A stretch of DNA of 64,000 bases from Syntrophorhabdaceae bacterium. GTDB taxonomy: Bacteria > Desulfobacterota > Syntrophorhabdia > Syntrophorhabdales > Syntrophorhabdaceae. The notes under the pieces were generated by a model that did not search any database, had not been told where the DNA came from, and was given only the letters and a program-made list of their open reading frames with translations. Shown here piece after piece: positions 28,008 to 37,501 of the stretch (within the stretch, counting starts at the first letter, position 1; each line of letters starts with the position of its first letter). A program made the translations under genes and the position numbers. The DNA lies in the NCBI GenBank assembly GCA_963665295.1, contig OY762209.1, forward strand, positions 4,832,001-4,896,000. The letters run 5' to 3'.

Positions 28008-29870
28008 ATGCACATACTTGGCATATCGGCATTCTATCACGATTCGGCAGCCGCCCTCATTGAGGATCAGAACATCCTTGCCGCGGCCCAGGAGGAACGT
28101 TTCACACGGAGGAAACACGACCCCTCCTTTCCCTCCCATGCCGTGCGTTACTGCCTCGATGAGGCGGGTATCGCCATCGACGAACTGGATGCGGTGGTCT
28201 TTTACGACAAGCCCTTTCTCAAGTTTGAGCGTCTCCTGGAGACCTACTACGCCTTCGCGCCAAGGGGCCTGAAATCCTTCCTCTCCGCCATACCCGTATG
28301 GATCAAGGAAAAGCTCATGTTGAAGAAGCTTATCCTTGACGAACTGGGGCTCATTGAGCCTTTTGACAAGAAGAAGGTCACCCTCCTCTTTCCCGAGCAC
28401 CACCTTTCCCATGCGGCAAGCGCCTTTTACCCTTCTCCTTTTGAAGAGTCGGCAATCCTTACCGTGGACGGCGTGGGTGAGTGGGCAACCACTTCCATCT
28501 GTTACGGGACAGGAAAAGATATTGAGATCTTTCGCGAATTGAAGTTTCCCCACTCGGTGGGACTCCTCTATTCCGCCTTCACCTATTACCTCGGATTCAG
28601 GGTCAACTCGGGGGAATACAAGCTCATGGGGCTTGCCCCCTATGGAAATCCCGCCTCGGAGCGGACCACACGGTTCAAAGAGATCATCAAAAAGGAACTC
28701 GTAGACATCAAGGATGACGGCTCAATAAACCTGAACCAGGATTACTTCGATTATGCGGCGGGACTCAGGATGGCAAAGGACGATAAGTGGGCGGGCCTTT
28801 TCGGGTTCCCCGTAAGGGAAGCCGAGGGCGACCTCCTCCCCGAACATTGCGACCTTGCCCTCGCGATTCAAAAGGTAACCGAAGAGGTCATCCTAAAGCT
28901 GGCCCGGGAGACAAAACGGCTGACCGGTTCAAAACACCTTTGCCTCGCCGGAGGGGTTGCCCTCAACTGCGTGGCAAACGGGAAACTCCTGAAGGAAGAC
29001 CTTTTTGACGAGGTATGGATACAGCCCGCCGCAGGCGACGCGGGTGGCGCCCTGGGAGCCGCCTTTGCGGCATACCATATTCATTTCAACCGGGAACGGG
29101 AGCATCACTCAGGGACCGACATAATGAAGGGTTCTTATCTCGGACCCATTTTTTCGGACATGGACATTATCCGGACCGCAAAGAAACGCAAAGCCGTCTA
29201 CACGAGCTATGCGGACTTCGACAGCCTGTGTGAAAAGGTGGCCGAACTTATCGATCGCGGAAACGTGGTGGGATGGTTCCAGGACAGGATGGAATTCGGG
29301 CCGCGGGCCCTGGGAAACAGGAGCATCATCGCAGACGCGAGAAACCCCGAGATGCAAAGAAAACTCAATCTGAAGATAAAGTTCAGGGAGGGCTTCCGTC
29401 CTTTTGCGCCGTCAGTCCTCGTCGAAGATTCGACAGAGTTTTTCGATATCGATACCGCATCACCTTATATGCTCCTCGTGGCGGACGTAAAAGAGACCCG
29501 GAGGAATAGGCTGCCAAAGGATTACCACGCCCTTCCATGGAGGGACAAGCTCTATTACCTTCGTTCCGACGTACCTGCCATCACCCACATCGACTATACG
29601 GCCCGTCTCCAGACGGTTCACAAGGAAACCAATCCGAAGTACTGGCGCCTGATCAACCGGTTTAAAGAGAGGACCGGTTACGGGGTAATCATAAACACGA
29701 GCTTCAACGTGCGCGGTGAGCCCATAGTTTTGAGCCCCGACGATGCATACAGGTGTTTTATGAGGACGGAGATGGATTACCTGGTAGTGGGTAATGTGCT
29801 CTTCTCCAAGAAAGACCAGCCGGAGTGGCGTGAGAAAGGCGACTGGAGAGAGACCTATGGGCTCGATTAA
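28008..29870 (+). CDS. O-carbamoyltransferase (NodU/CmcH/SxtI family)
   Basis: HDSAAA, AQEERFTRRKH, HHLSHAASA, DGVGE, GEYKLMGLAPYG, GGVALN, EFGPRALGNRS and NTSFN motifs. Confidence 0.95.
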   Translation: MHILGISAFYHDSAAALIEDQNILAAAQEERFTRRKHDPSFPSHAVRYCLDEAGIAIDELDAVVFYDKPFLKFERLLETYYAFAPRGLKSFLSAIPVWIKEKLMLKKLILDELGLIEPFDKKKVTLLFPEHHLSHAASAFYPSPFEESAILTVDGVGEWATTSICYGTGKDIEIFRELKFPHSVGLLYSAFTYYLGFRVNSGEYKLMGLAPYGNPASERTTRFKEIIKKELVDIKDDGSINLNQDYFDYAAGLRMAKDDKWAGLFGFPVREAEGDLLPEHCDLALAIQKVTEEVILKLARETKRLTGSKHLCLAGGVALNCVANGKLLKEDLFDEVWIQPAAGDAGGALGAAFAAYHIHFNREREHHSGTDIMKGSYLGPIFSDMDIIRTAKKRKAVYTSYADFDSLCEKVAELIDRGNVVGWFQDRMEFGPRALGNRSIIADARNPEMQRKLNLKIKFREGFRPFAPSVLVEDSTEFFDIDTASPYMLLVADVKETRRNRLPKDYHALPWRDKLYYLRSDVPAITHIDYTARLQTVHKETNPKYWRLINRFKERTGYGVIINTSFNVRGEPIVLSPDDAYRCFMRTEMDYLVVGNVLFSKKDQPEWREKGDWRETYGLD

Positions 29871-31068
29871 GAAGGTTCTCGCCAACCTCGGCCTGGCCTG
29901 CTTGACTGTCCTTTTGACCCTGCTTCTTCTGGAAGGGGCGCTCAGGTTCACTCCTTACAGGAACCTCCTCTCCTTTACCCGTTCCCATGTGCCCCAGTAC
30001 TACTACAGAACAGACCCCGTAACAGGATATGATATAAGCGAGAATTTCCCTAAGACCCAGGTTTTCCTCGATGACGGTGTGGGATACCCGATCTGGTCCA
30101 ACGGGATAGGATGCTTCGACAGGCCTTACAACGGGGAGAAAGACTTCATTCTTCTCGTGGGAGACAGTTTTACCCACGCCTTTGCCTCCTTCGAAGATAA
30201 ATGGGGTACTCTGATGGAAGCCAATCTGGGAACGAGGGTCCTCAAATGTGGTGTGAGCGGCTATGGCACAAAACAGGCATCTCTCAAGGCGGACCGCACG
30301 TGCGCCCTCGTGGGCCGTTCGCCGCAACTCATCGTGGTGGGCTATACCATGAACGATTTCATGGACGATTACCTCTTTCCCGAATATTCCGTAGTGGACG
30401 GATACTTTTACATCACCAAGGCGCTCAGGGACACCAACACGGGGGAGATTTCGACAAGAGTGCGCCGCAAGCCTCCGGTTTCTCCGCGGATATGGCTCAA
30501 GCGCCATTCCATTCTCTACAACCTTTTCGAAACCTTCACAAAACGCTATTCCCGGCAGGAAGAACGGGTCCTTTGGACGGAGGCCATCGGGGGAGAATGC
30601 TCCGACACCTTGAAATGCCCGCACCCGTGGCTGGAAAGGGCATGGAAGAGCCATTTCGAGGAGATAAGAAATTTCGGCAAACTCGGACACAGCGGCAACG
30701 CAAAAGTCCTTTTCGTGATAATACCGACCAAGGAGCAGGTATATCCGTCTCCCGCCAACGAGAAGAATGGCGATCTTGATCGCAAATATGCTATAATCCC
30801 CGAGAATATGAAGAAGGAAGGGATGTTGTACATCGACCTCCTGCCCCTTTTTCGTAAGCTTGCAGATCGGACTGCAACCAGGAACCCCAGCCTCGACCTT
30901 TACTGGGCGAAGGATGGCCACTGGAATGTGAGGGGTAACCGCCTGGCGGGCCTTCTTGTTTCACAGTATATCCTGGAACAAAATCTGGTCGAAGTACCGG
31001 ATAAGGCTGCTGCGCTGGCCCGTATCCGTGACGGGCTGCGTGCATTTACCGGCCCGCAGGGAATGTGA
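29857..31068 (+). CDS. Membrane-anchored SGNH-fold protein (AlgX/AlgJ/DltD-like)
   Basis: N-terminal TM, VGDSF, GVSGYG, ND and DGHWN; overlaps the carbamoyltransferase stop. Confidence 0.8.
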   Translation: MGSIKKVLANLGLACLTVLLTLLLLEGALRFTPYRNLLSFTRSHVPQYYYRTDPVTGYDISENFPKTQVFLDDGVGYPIWSNGIGCFDRPYNGEKDFILLVGDSFTHAFASFEDKWGTLMEANLGTRVLKCGVSGYGTKQASLKADRTCALVGRSPQLIVVGYTMNDFMDDYLFPEYSVVDGYFYITKALRDTNTGEISTRVRRKPPVSPRIWLKRHSILYNLFETFTKRYSRQEERVLWTEAIGGECSDTLKCPHPWLERAWKSHFEEIRNFGKLGHSGNAKVLFVIIPTKEQVYPSPANEKNGDLDRKYAIIPENMKKEGMLYIDLLPLFRKLADRTATRNPSLDLYWAKDGHWNVRGNRLAGLLVSQYILEQNLVEVPDKAAALARIRDGLRAFTGPQGM

Positions 31069-31078
31069 GGAGGTTTTT

Positions 31079-31228
31079 ATGGGTTTGTTCGGAGATCTTT
31101 GGGGTTTTCTGAAAGAGAGAAAAAAATGGTGGCTTTTGCCCCTTATAATTGTGCTCCTGCTTTTCGCCTTTATCATAGTCCTTTCAGGCGGTTCCGCAAT
31201 AGCACCTTTCATTTACACACTTTTTTAG
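31079..31228 (+). CDS. 49-aa single-TM peptide, SxtK/DUF5989-like, C-terminus FIYTLF
   Basis: GGAGG RBS; MGLFGDLWGFLKERKKWWLLP...APFIYTLF. Confidence 0.85.
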   Translation: MGLFGDLWGFLKERKKWWLLPLIIVLLLFAFIIVLSGGSAIAPFIYTLF

Positions 31229-31298
31229 GAGCGGGGGATGACACACGCACATGAAAGCATCTGCCGGGCCACCTTGCCCGGAACGGATATGAGCGGTT

Positions 31299-31676
31299 AT
31301 GAATAAAGAGATTCCGCCTTATAAGGTACTTGAGACGATGGGCGTCCTGGCGGCCGCCTCCCTTATCTTCGGTCTGATATTCAAGGTCGCCGCCCTTCTT
31401 TTCCTTGCCCTCGCCCTTCTGATCGTGGGGCTCTTCATAAAAGGACTCGCCCGGCTCATTACCCGCGGATGGCTCAAATTCGCCGAGGTAGTGGGCGGCA
31501 TAAATTCGCGTATCATCCTCGCCGCGGTCTTCTACCTCTTCCTCACTCCCATAGCCCTGGTCTTCCGCATGATCCACGGAGACTTTATGCGCCTCGTGAA
31601 GCAGGAGAAGGCCACCACTTACTTCACCGAAAGAAAGCACCGCTACGGCCCGGACGATCTCAAAAACCCCTGGTAG
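31299..31676 (+). CDS. SxtJ family membrane protein
   Basis: W.KFAEVVG.INSRIIL..F.LFLTPI..R...D pattern; in a carbamoyltransferase operon. Confidence 0.8.
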   Translation: MNKEIPPYKVLETMGVLAAASLIFGLIFKVAALLFLALALLIVGLFIKGLARLITRGWLKFAEVVGGINSRIILAAVFYLFLTPIALVFRMIHGDFMRLVKQEKATTYFTERKHRYGPDDLKNPW

Positions 31677-31868
31677 GGGAAGTCCCCGGCCCTTCGTATA
31701 ATCCTTACCCCCCGCCCTGCGTGAGTCTTGCGCAACAAGACATTCTCGTGCGGCAAGACTATTTCCGTCTTGTCGAAAAAGAACGGCAAAACACGCCCCC
31801 TGCGCCTATTTTTCCCTAATAGTATGGAATTATAAGTTTTTTGATCATTCATTCCTTTTACTGTCACG

Positions 31869-31884
31869 TGGCACGTTTCTTGAA
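31869..31884 (+). promoter_or_regulatory. sigma54 (-24/-12) promoter
   Basis: TGGCACGTTTCTTGAA versus consensus TGGCACG-N4-TTGC; upstream GTCTTG/CAAGAC palindromes at 31725-31772. Confidence 0.6.
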
Positions 31885-31968
31885 TCATACCTGGTGTGGC
31901 ACGACAACAGGGGTCAATGGCCACACGATTGGGTCACATGTAAATGAGCGGCATCTATGGAGGTGTGC

Positions 31969-32289
31969 ATGGAGCGGAACGCAGTAAGCGATGTCTCGGA
32001 GATGATTCATAACCCGGTCTATACCGGTATAGGACCGTTTCCCCGTCTTATCGATGATGAACTGTGGATAAAGTGCATGGCCCGGAGCGTGAAGCACAAC
32101 GGACCTGAAAGGGCTTACCTGAAGATGACGGAGGCTGTGGAAAAGTCCTTCGGCATCAGTGCCATAGCTGAGATGCGTGCCCGGGAGAGCCTTTCCAGGC
32201 TTAAGAAAGAAATCGCCCAAGTGGGACCGGAACAATTTTTCGCGAAACTGCTCCGGAACCTCAGAAAACACCTGGCGCCCCTTTCGTAG
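31969..32289 (+). CDS. Hypothetical protein
   Basis: GGAGG RBS before ATG 31969; downstream of a sigma54 promoter. Confidence 0.6.
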   Translation: MERNAVSDVSEMIHNPVYTGIGPFPRLIDDELWIKCMARSVKHNGPERAYLKMTEAVEKSFGISAIAEMRARESLSRLKKEIAQVGPEQFFAKLLRNLRKHLAPLS

Positions 32290-32571
32290 CCGGACCCGCC
32301 ACGCGCCCCGCTCACGCCGGTAAGGAGCGGGCGCGCCACCGACTGCCGGGTATCGGGGAGGGCAGAACCTTGTCCATCCCGTTGACACGCACCCGGGACC
32401 TGTTCAGTCGCCCGGTTCGCACTTCCGCTTCCTTCAGGCACTTTCCCGCAGCAATATTGTTCAGTTCCTTCCGTCCCTTCAGGACACGAGAAACCATGTC
32501 ATTTCGAGGCTGTGTTTTCCATGAATTCCCACAGGCAGTCATGGAAGTAACGAATTTTGTTCGCGCCGTAA

Positions 32572-32637
32572 TTGACACCTGTCGCCCGGCGTGTTATTTT
32601 AAAAGTTCCTTTTCTTAACCGGAAACCGTTTTCCGGT
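32572..32637 (+). promoter_or_regulatory. sigma70 promoter plus downstream palindrome ACCGGAAACCGTTTTCCGGT
   Basis: TTGACA-N17-TATTTT; near-perfect 20-bp palindrome at 32618-32637. Confidence 0.6.
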
Positions 32638-32710
32638 GAGCCCGTCCGGTGGGCCCAGCCTGCGGCACGGGTTCACCGGTGTCTTACGGACCAACACTGC
32701 GAGGAGCCCT

Positions 32711-33328
32711 ATGAAAAACGACAGGCAGGCGGGGAGCAAGAGGATTCAGAGCATTATGAAGGCCGGCGCTGAATTGTTCAGCACCAAGGGATTCGTGGAA
32801 ACGAGCATGGATGAGGTGGCCGCCGCCGCAAAGATCAGCAAAGGCGGCATGTACCATTACTTTTCGAGCAAGAATGAACTCCTCGACGCCATCCTGGTCA
32901 ATTTTATAGATATGGTCCTTGCGGACCTGGAAGAACTCGACAGGATCGCGGACCCCCTTGGAAAACTGACGAGGCTCGTCAGCCGCCATGTGGAGATATA
33001 CACGAAGCATCCCTATGCAGCGAAAACCCTGATCGATGAGGCCCATTGCCTTCCTGCCAGATCCCGTAAGAAGATCGTGGTGAAAGAAAAGGAGTATTTC
33101 CGCGCCGTGGCAGGGGTAGTGTCCGAGTATCTCGGCCCCTGTGTCGAAAAGAGTGAGGTTACCGCCATAACCTTCAGTCTCCTGGGAATGTGCAACTGGA
33201 TCTATTCCTGGTATAACCCCAAGGGCCCCATCGATCCTTCAAGACTGTCGGAGATCATACTCAGCATATTCAGCAATGGTGTTTGTGGCCTGCAGAAGAC
33301 CTTGAGCGAGCGTAACCCGCAGAACTGA
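32711..33328 (+). CDS. TetR family regulator (KstR2-like C-terminal domain)
   Basis: TSMDEVAAAAKISKGGMYHYFSSK HTH and GMCNWIYSWY motif. Confidence 0.9.
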   Translation: MKNDRQAGSKRIQSIMKAGAELFSTKGFVETSMDEVAAAAKISKGGMYHYFSSKNELLDAILVNFIDMVLADLEELDRIADPLGKLTRLVSRHVEIYTKHPYAAKTLIDEAHCLPARSRKKIVVKEKEYFRAVAGVVSEYLGPCVEKSEVTAITFSLLGMCNWIYSWYNPKGPIDPSRLSEIILSIFSNGVCGLQKTLSERNPQN

Positions 33329-33586
33329 CAGCCCTTTCGCGCCGCCCCGTCCTGCGACGGCGCGCCCACTCCCGAAGATGCCTCATCCTCGTCTGCAGAC
33401 GCGCCGGGCGTCTCTCATCACCCATGCGCCTCGACTCCGGTACGGCACTGCCTCCCCCCCCGGTTACCCTATCTTGGGTCAAGAGAGCCTCTCACAACGG
33501 ATAAGACCCGGCCTCTCCCTGGACCGTAAAACCCCCAATCATATCAAGTATTCCAATACCTATTTTTTTGCTTGCCATTTTTTTCC

Positions 33587-33634
33587 TTGACATCTAACCA
33601 GTTACATCATAAAACATACTTACCAGTAGGAATG
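33587..33634 (+). promoter_or_regulatory. Promoter and imperfect palindrome CATACTTAC-CA-GTAGGAATG before the mutase operon
   Basis: TTGACA at 33587; palindrome adjacent to the -10/TSS region. Confidence 0.5.
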
Positions 33635-33655
33635 CTACTGACTGGAGGGAATGTC

Positions 33656-34318
33656 ATGGCGAGGCCCAGGAAAGGTCTTACGATTGATGAAGCAGATCCC
33701 AGACAAATGAAAAAGATCGGTCTGATCGCCAAGATCGGCGCCGAGCTTTTCAGTTCCAGGGGATACCTTGAAACAAGTATGGACGACATCGCTGCTGCCG
33801 CGAAGGTCACCAAGGGGGGCGTATACCACTACTTCGGCAGTAAAACCGACATCCTCTACTACATCTGCTCCAAGTACGTGGAGTTCGACATCGAAAACCT
33901 GGAGCAGTCCCTGAGCGCGATCCAAAACCCCCTGGAAAAGATCAAATTTATCATCTCCCGTCATATCGATCACTATAGCACCCATGCCGCCGCGGCAAAG
34001 ACGCTGCTCAACGAGGCCTACAACCTCCCCCCAAGGTACCGGAAGGAAGTGAAGGCAAGGGAGGCCCAGTACGTCAACATAATGACCCGTACCCTGTCGG
34101 AGTATCTCGGGCCCGAGACCCGCAAGGAAGTCATAACGGCCCTCGTGTTCACCCTCTTCGGCATGATGAACTGGATCTATTCCTGGTATGACCCGAAGGG
34201 GGCCATGAAGCCGGCTGAATTATCGGGTTTGATCTACGAAGTTTTTACAAAGGGGATTACGGACCCCACGTTTACTGCGGGAGGATTCGGGGCGATCATC
34301 GCCCGCCCTGTCTCATGA
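33656..34318 (+). CDS. TetR family regulator (paralog of 32711-33328)
   Basis: TSMDDIAAAAKVTKGGVYHYFGSK and GMMNWIYSWY; GGAGG RBS. Confidence 0.9.
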   Translation: MARPRKGLTIDEADPRQMKKIGLIAKIGAELFSSRGYLETSMDDIAAAAKVTKGGVYHYFGSKTDILYYICSKYVEFDIENLEQSLSAIQNPLEKIKFIISRHIDHYSTHAAAAKTLLNEAYNLPPRYRKEVKAREAQYVNIMTRTLSEYLGPETRKEVITALVFTLFGMMNWIYSWYDPKGAMKPAELSGLIYEVFTKGITDPTFTAGGFGAIIARPVS

Positions 34319-34356
34319 CCCCCGGAATATGCGTTTCGACGCAAGGACTTTGACCC

Positions 34357-35325
34357 ATGAAGCCAGACCTGGACACGCTTTTTGAAGGACTCGAAAAAGG
34401 AGACAAAAGGAGTGCGGGCAGAATACTCACCCTCCTCGAAGACAGGGGGCCGGAAAGCACGGAACTCCTCAGGAGACTCTACGCCTCGGAGCGAAGGTCT
34501 CTGGTCGCGGGCGTGACAGGCTGGCCCGGCGTAGGAAAGAGCTCCCTTATTACCCGCATGGCCAGGGTGTATCTCGACCAGGGCAAGCGGGTGGGCATTG
34601 TCGCCGTGGACCCCACAAGTCCCTTCTCCGGGGGTGGCATTCTGGGAGACCGCATACGTTTCAGGGACATCGACGGGAGAGAGAACCTCTTCATCCGCTC
34701 GGTGGCAACCCGGGGCCACCACGGTGGTCTTTCGAGGTCGGCACGGTCCTTCGTAAAGGTCATGGAGGCCATGGGCTGTGACGTGGTGCTCCTGGAGACA
34801 GTGGGCGTAGGACAGGATCAGGTGAATATAAGCCTCATTGCGGACACTACCGTGGTGGTGGTCGCTCCCGGATTGGGAGATTTCCTTCAGGCCATGAAAT
34901 CGGGTGTCCTTGAGGCAGGAGATATTTTCGTCGTGAACAAAGCCGACCGTCCGGACGCGGACAAGGCGATCCAATACCTGGAATCCGCCATAAGGATGAG
35001 GGAAAGGGCGGGCTGGCGCCCTCCTGTGGTGAAGACCGTGGCTGCCGATGGAAGCGGGGTCGATACCCTCGTAAGGGAGATCGGGAATCATGCTGCCCAC
35101 TGCTCCCTTGAAACCGGCGAGGTATCCCTCAAACTGAGGGCCGCACGGGACGAAATCAAGGAAGCGTTAAAGACGCGGCTTCTCGAATATCTTTTCGGGG
35201 GCGACGCTTTGGAAGACTCTCCTGTCAGCCGGTACGCCCGGCAGGTCTGTGAGAGAAGGGCCGATCCCTATCTGCTTGCCGACGCGATACTGGCGGAGAA
35301 AGGTATTACCCAAGACATTTCGTAA
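34357..35325 (+). CDS. meaB: MeaB/ArgK family GTPase (B12 mutase chaperone)
   Basis: GxPGVGKS, AVDPTSPFSGGGILGDRIR, ETVGVGQ and NKAD motifs. Confidence 0.93.
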   Translation: MKPDLDTLFEGLEKGDKRSAGRILTLLEDRGPESTELLRRLYASERRSLVAGVTGWPGVGKSSLITRMARVYLDQGKRVGIVAVDPTSPFSGGGILGDRIRFRDIDGRENLFIRSVATRGHHGGLSRSARSFVKVMEAMGCDVVLLETVGVGQDQVNISLIADTTVVVVAPGLGDFLQAMKSGVLEAGDIFVVNKADRPDADKAIQYLESAIRMRERAGWRPPVVKTVAADGSGVDTLVREIGNHAAHCSLETGEVSLKLRAARDEIKEALKTRLLEYLFGGDALEDSPVSRYARQVCERRADPYLLADAILAEKGITQDIS

Positions 35326-35339
35326 ATCTGGAGGGAGCA

Positions 35340-36971
35340 ATGGCAAAGAACCCAAAAATCAACTTCGATCATACCACGGGGGAGAAGCTTCCCCATTTCC
35401 GGTCCCTTTCGGGCATCGAGTACAAAAGGATATACGACCGCAACGATTGGGACGATACCCTCCCCGACGCCGGTGAATACCCCTTCACAAGGGGCATTCA
35501 CAAGGACATGTACCGGGGAAGGCTTTGGACCCGCAGGCAGCAGAGCGGCTTCGGCTCTCCCGAGGAAAGCAACGAACTCCTGAAATTCCTGTTAAAAGTA
35601 GGCCAGACGGGCATCAACATAGACTCCGACATAGCGGGCAAGATCGGGGTGGACCCCGACTATCCGCTGGGTCAGGCAGACGTCGGGCTTCAGGGAACTT
35701 CCATGTGCACCTACGAGGACATGGCCGCCCTTTTTAAGGATATCCCCCTCGACCGTATCAGCTCGACTCTCATCTTTCCTCCTCCCGCATCGGTGGTAAT
35801 GATGGGTCAGTACATGATGATGGCAAAGGAGCAGGGCATACCGCAGGAAAACCTCATCGGCACTATGATGAACTGCCCCTTTACCCAGCTTGTGGGCCCC
35901 ACGTTCCAGGCCAACACCGATTTCTTCCCCATCGACCTCGCCCTCAAGATTGGACTCGACCTTATCGAATACCTGGTGCCCCGCTGTCCCAAGTGGAACA
36001 TCCTCAACGTCAACTCAAGGAACATCAGGGAAAGTGGTGTGGACGCAGTTCAGGAGGCGGCCTTTTCCCTGGCCCTCGGCGTGGACTACGTGGACAGGCT
36101 GTGCAAACGGGGCGTGGCTGTAGATACCTTCGCCCGGAGGATCGGCTTCTTCTCCGCCGTGCACCTCGATATCTTCGAGGAAGTGGCAAAATTCAGGGCC
36201 ATGCGGCGCATATGGGCGCGACAACTCAAGGAGCGCTTCGGCGCACAAGACGAAAGGAGCATGTGGTTCCGCTGCGCCGTGCAGACATCTTCTCTCACCC
36301 TTACCGCCCAGGAGCCCATGAACAATATCGTAAGGGCCGCGGTCCAGACGCTCACCGCCGTACTCGCGGGGGTCCAGTCCGTGCACACCACTTCCTATGA
36401 CGAGGCCTACTGCCTGCCGTCTGAGGAGACCCACAAGCTCGCCATCCGCACGCAACAGATCATCGCCTACGAAACCGGGGCCACAAAGTCGGCGGACCCC
36501 CTCGGAGGCTCCTATCTTGTGGAGAAGATGACGGACGAGATGGAAGAACGCATCTGGGAGATGATGAAAGTTATCGAAGGCCGGGGCGGATTCATCGAGT
36601 GTTTCAAGGAAGGGTGGGTCGAAAACGAGCTCAATCAGGCGCGGTACAAACTGGCGGACCAGATGGAGACAGGGGAACTGCCTATCCTCGGAATGAACCT
36701 CTTCAGGGAAGAGGATACGGCTCCCGATATCGACATTTTCAAACAGGCGCCCGATATGCAGGCCAGGCGCATCGAGTATGCGCGGAACTACAAAAGAGGC
36801 CATAGCCAGGGCCCCGTGCGCCGGGCTCTCGACAACCTGAGAGAAAGGACCGGGAAGCACCCGGACGAGGACCTCGTGCCGCCCATACTGGAGGCCGTGG
36901 AAACCAGGGCCACTTTACAGGAGATATGCGATGCAATGAGGGAAGCGACAAATTTTTCCATTCCCCGGTAG
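35340..36971 (+). CDS. B12-dependent acyl-CoA mutase large (substrate-binding) subunit, divergent specificity
   Basis: YPFTRG, EEVAKFRAMRR.W, LTAQEP.NN..R, QS.HT.SYDEA and DPLGGSY motifs; lacks the B12-binding domain. Confidence 0.92.
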   Translation: MAKNPKINFDHTTGEKLPHFRSLSGIEYKRIYDRNDWDDTLPDAGEYPFTRGIHKDMYRGRLWTRRQQSGFGSPEESNELLKFLLKVGQTGINIDSDIAGKIGVDPDYPLGQADVGLQGTSMCTYEDMAALFKDIPLDRISSTLIFPPPASVVMMGQYMMMAKEQGIPQENLIGTMMNCPFTQLVGPTFQANTDFFPIDLALKIGLDLIEYLVPRCPKWNILNVNSRNIRESGVDAVQEAAFSLALGVDYVDRLCKRGVAVDTFARRIGFFSAVHLDIFEEVAKFRAMRRIWARQLKERFGAQDERSMWFRCAVQTSSLTLTAQEPMNNIVRAAVQTLTAVLAGVQSVHTTSYDEAYCLPSEETHKLAIRTQQIIAYETGATKSADPLGGSYLVEKMTDEMEERIWEMMKVIEGRGGFIECFKEGWVENELNQARYKLADQMETGELPILGMNLFREEDTAPDIDIFKQAPDMQARRIEYARNYKRGHSQGPVRRALDNLRERTGKHPDEDLVPPILEAVETRATLQEICDAMREATNFSIPR

Positions 36972-37090
36972 GGCCTGAAGAAGCGCCCGTGCGGTGATCC
37001 ACGGTGGGGTCCGCGCGGGCGGGGGAATGGCTGCCCGGAAGCATAAACCCGGGTGGGTTGTGTTGCCCAATACGAGAAGAGGAGCAGACA

Positions 37091-37501
37091 ATGCCCGGAA
37101 GAAAACGAATCATTATGGCAAAGATGGGGCTCGACGCCCACGACAACGGTCTCAGGATCGTTTCGAAATGGCTTGCGGACGCAGGATACGAAGTGATCTA
37201 TGCGGGAGTATACAATTCCGCGGAAAGAATCCTGCAGATGACCCTGGAAGAGAACGCGGACGCCCTGGGTCTCAGCTTTCTCGGAGGTGAACATCTCCAC
37301 TATTCGAAAAAGGTCCGCGAACTGCTGAAGGAGAACGGCCTCGAGAATGTAAAGATCTTTGCAGGCGGAATTATCCCTCCCGCCGACGTAGTCGCCCTGA
37401 AAGGCTTGGGCGTGGATGCGGTTTTTACGCCCGGGACTCCGAGGGCTCAGATACTCGACGCCATAGCCCGGTGCCTGGGGGTCGAAGAGGACAATACATG
37501 A
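37091..37501 (+). CDS. Acyl-CoA mutase small, cobalamin-binding subunit
   Basis: GLDAHDNG (DxHxxG), SFL and GGIIP motifs. Confidence 0.93.
   Translation: MPGRKRIIMAKMGLDAHDNGLRIVSKWLADAGYEVIYAGVYNSAERILQMTLEENADALGLSFLGGEHLHYSKKVRELLKENGLENVKIFAGGIIPPADVVALKGLGVDAVFTPGTPRAQILDAIARCLGVEEDNT

Noticed and set aside
28008..31676. Saxitoxin biosynthesis cluster
   Set aside because: Only sxtI/J/K-like genes are present; no sxtA, sxtG or sxtB, and the context is glycosyltransferases and SGNH proteins.
32620..32635. NrpR operator (GGAA-N6-TTCC)
   Set aside because: Matches formally, but precedes a TetR gene rather than the nitrogen genes; more likely another regulator's site.
35340..36971. Ordinary methylmalonyl-CoA mutase
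   Set aside because: The Tyr89, Arg207 and Tyr243/His244 equivalents are not conserved.
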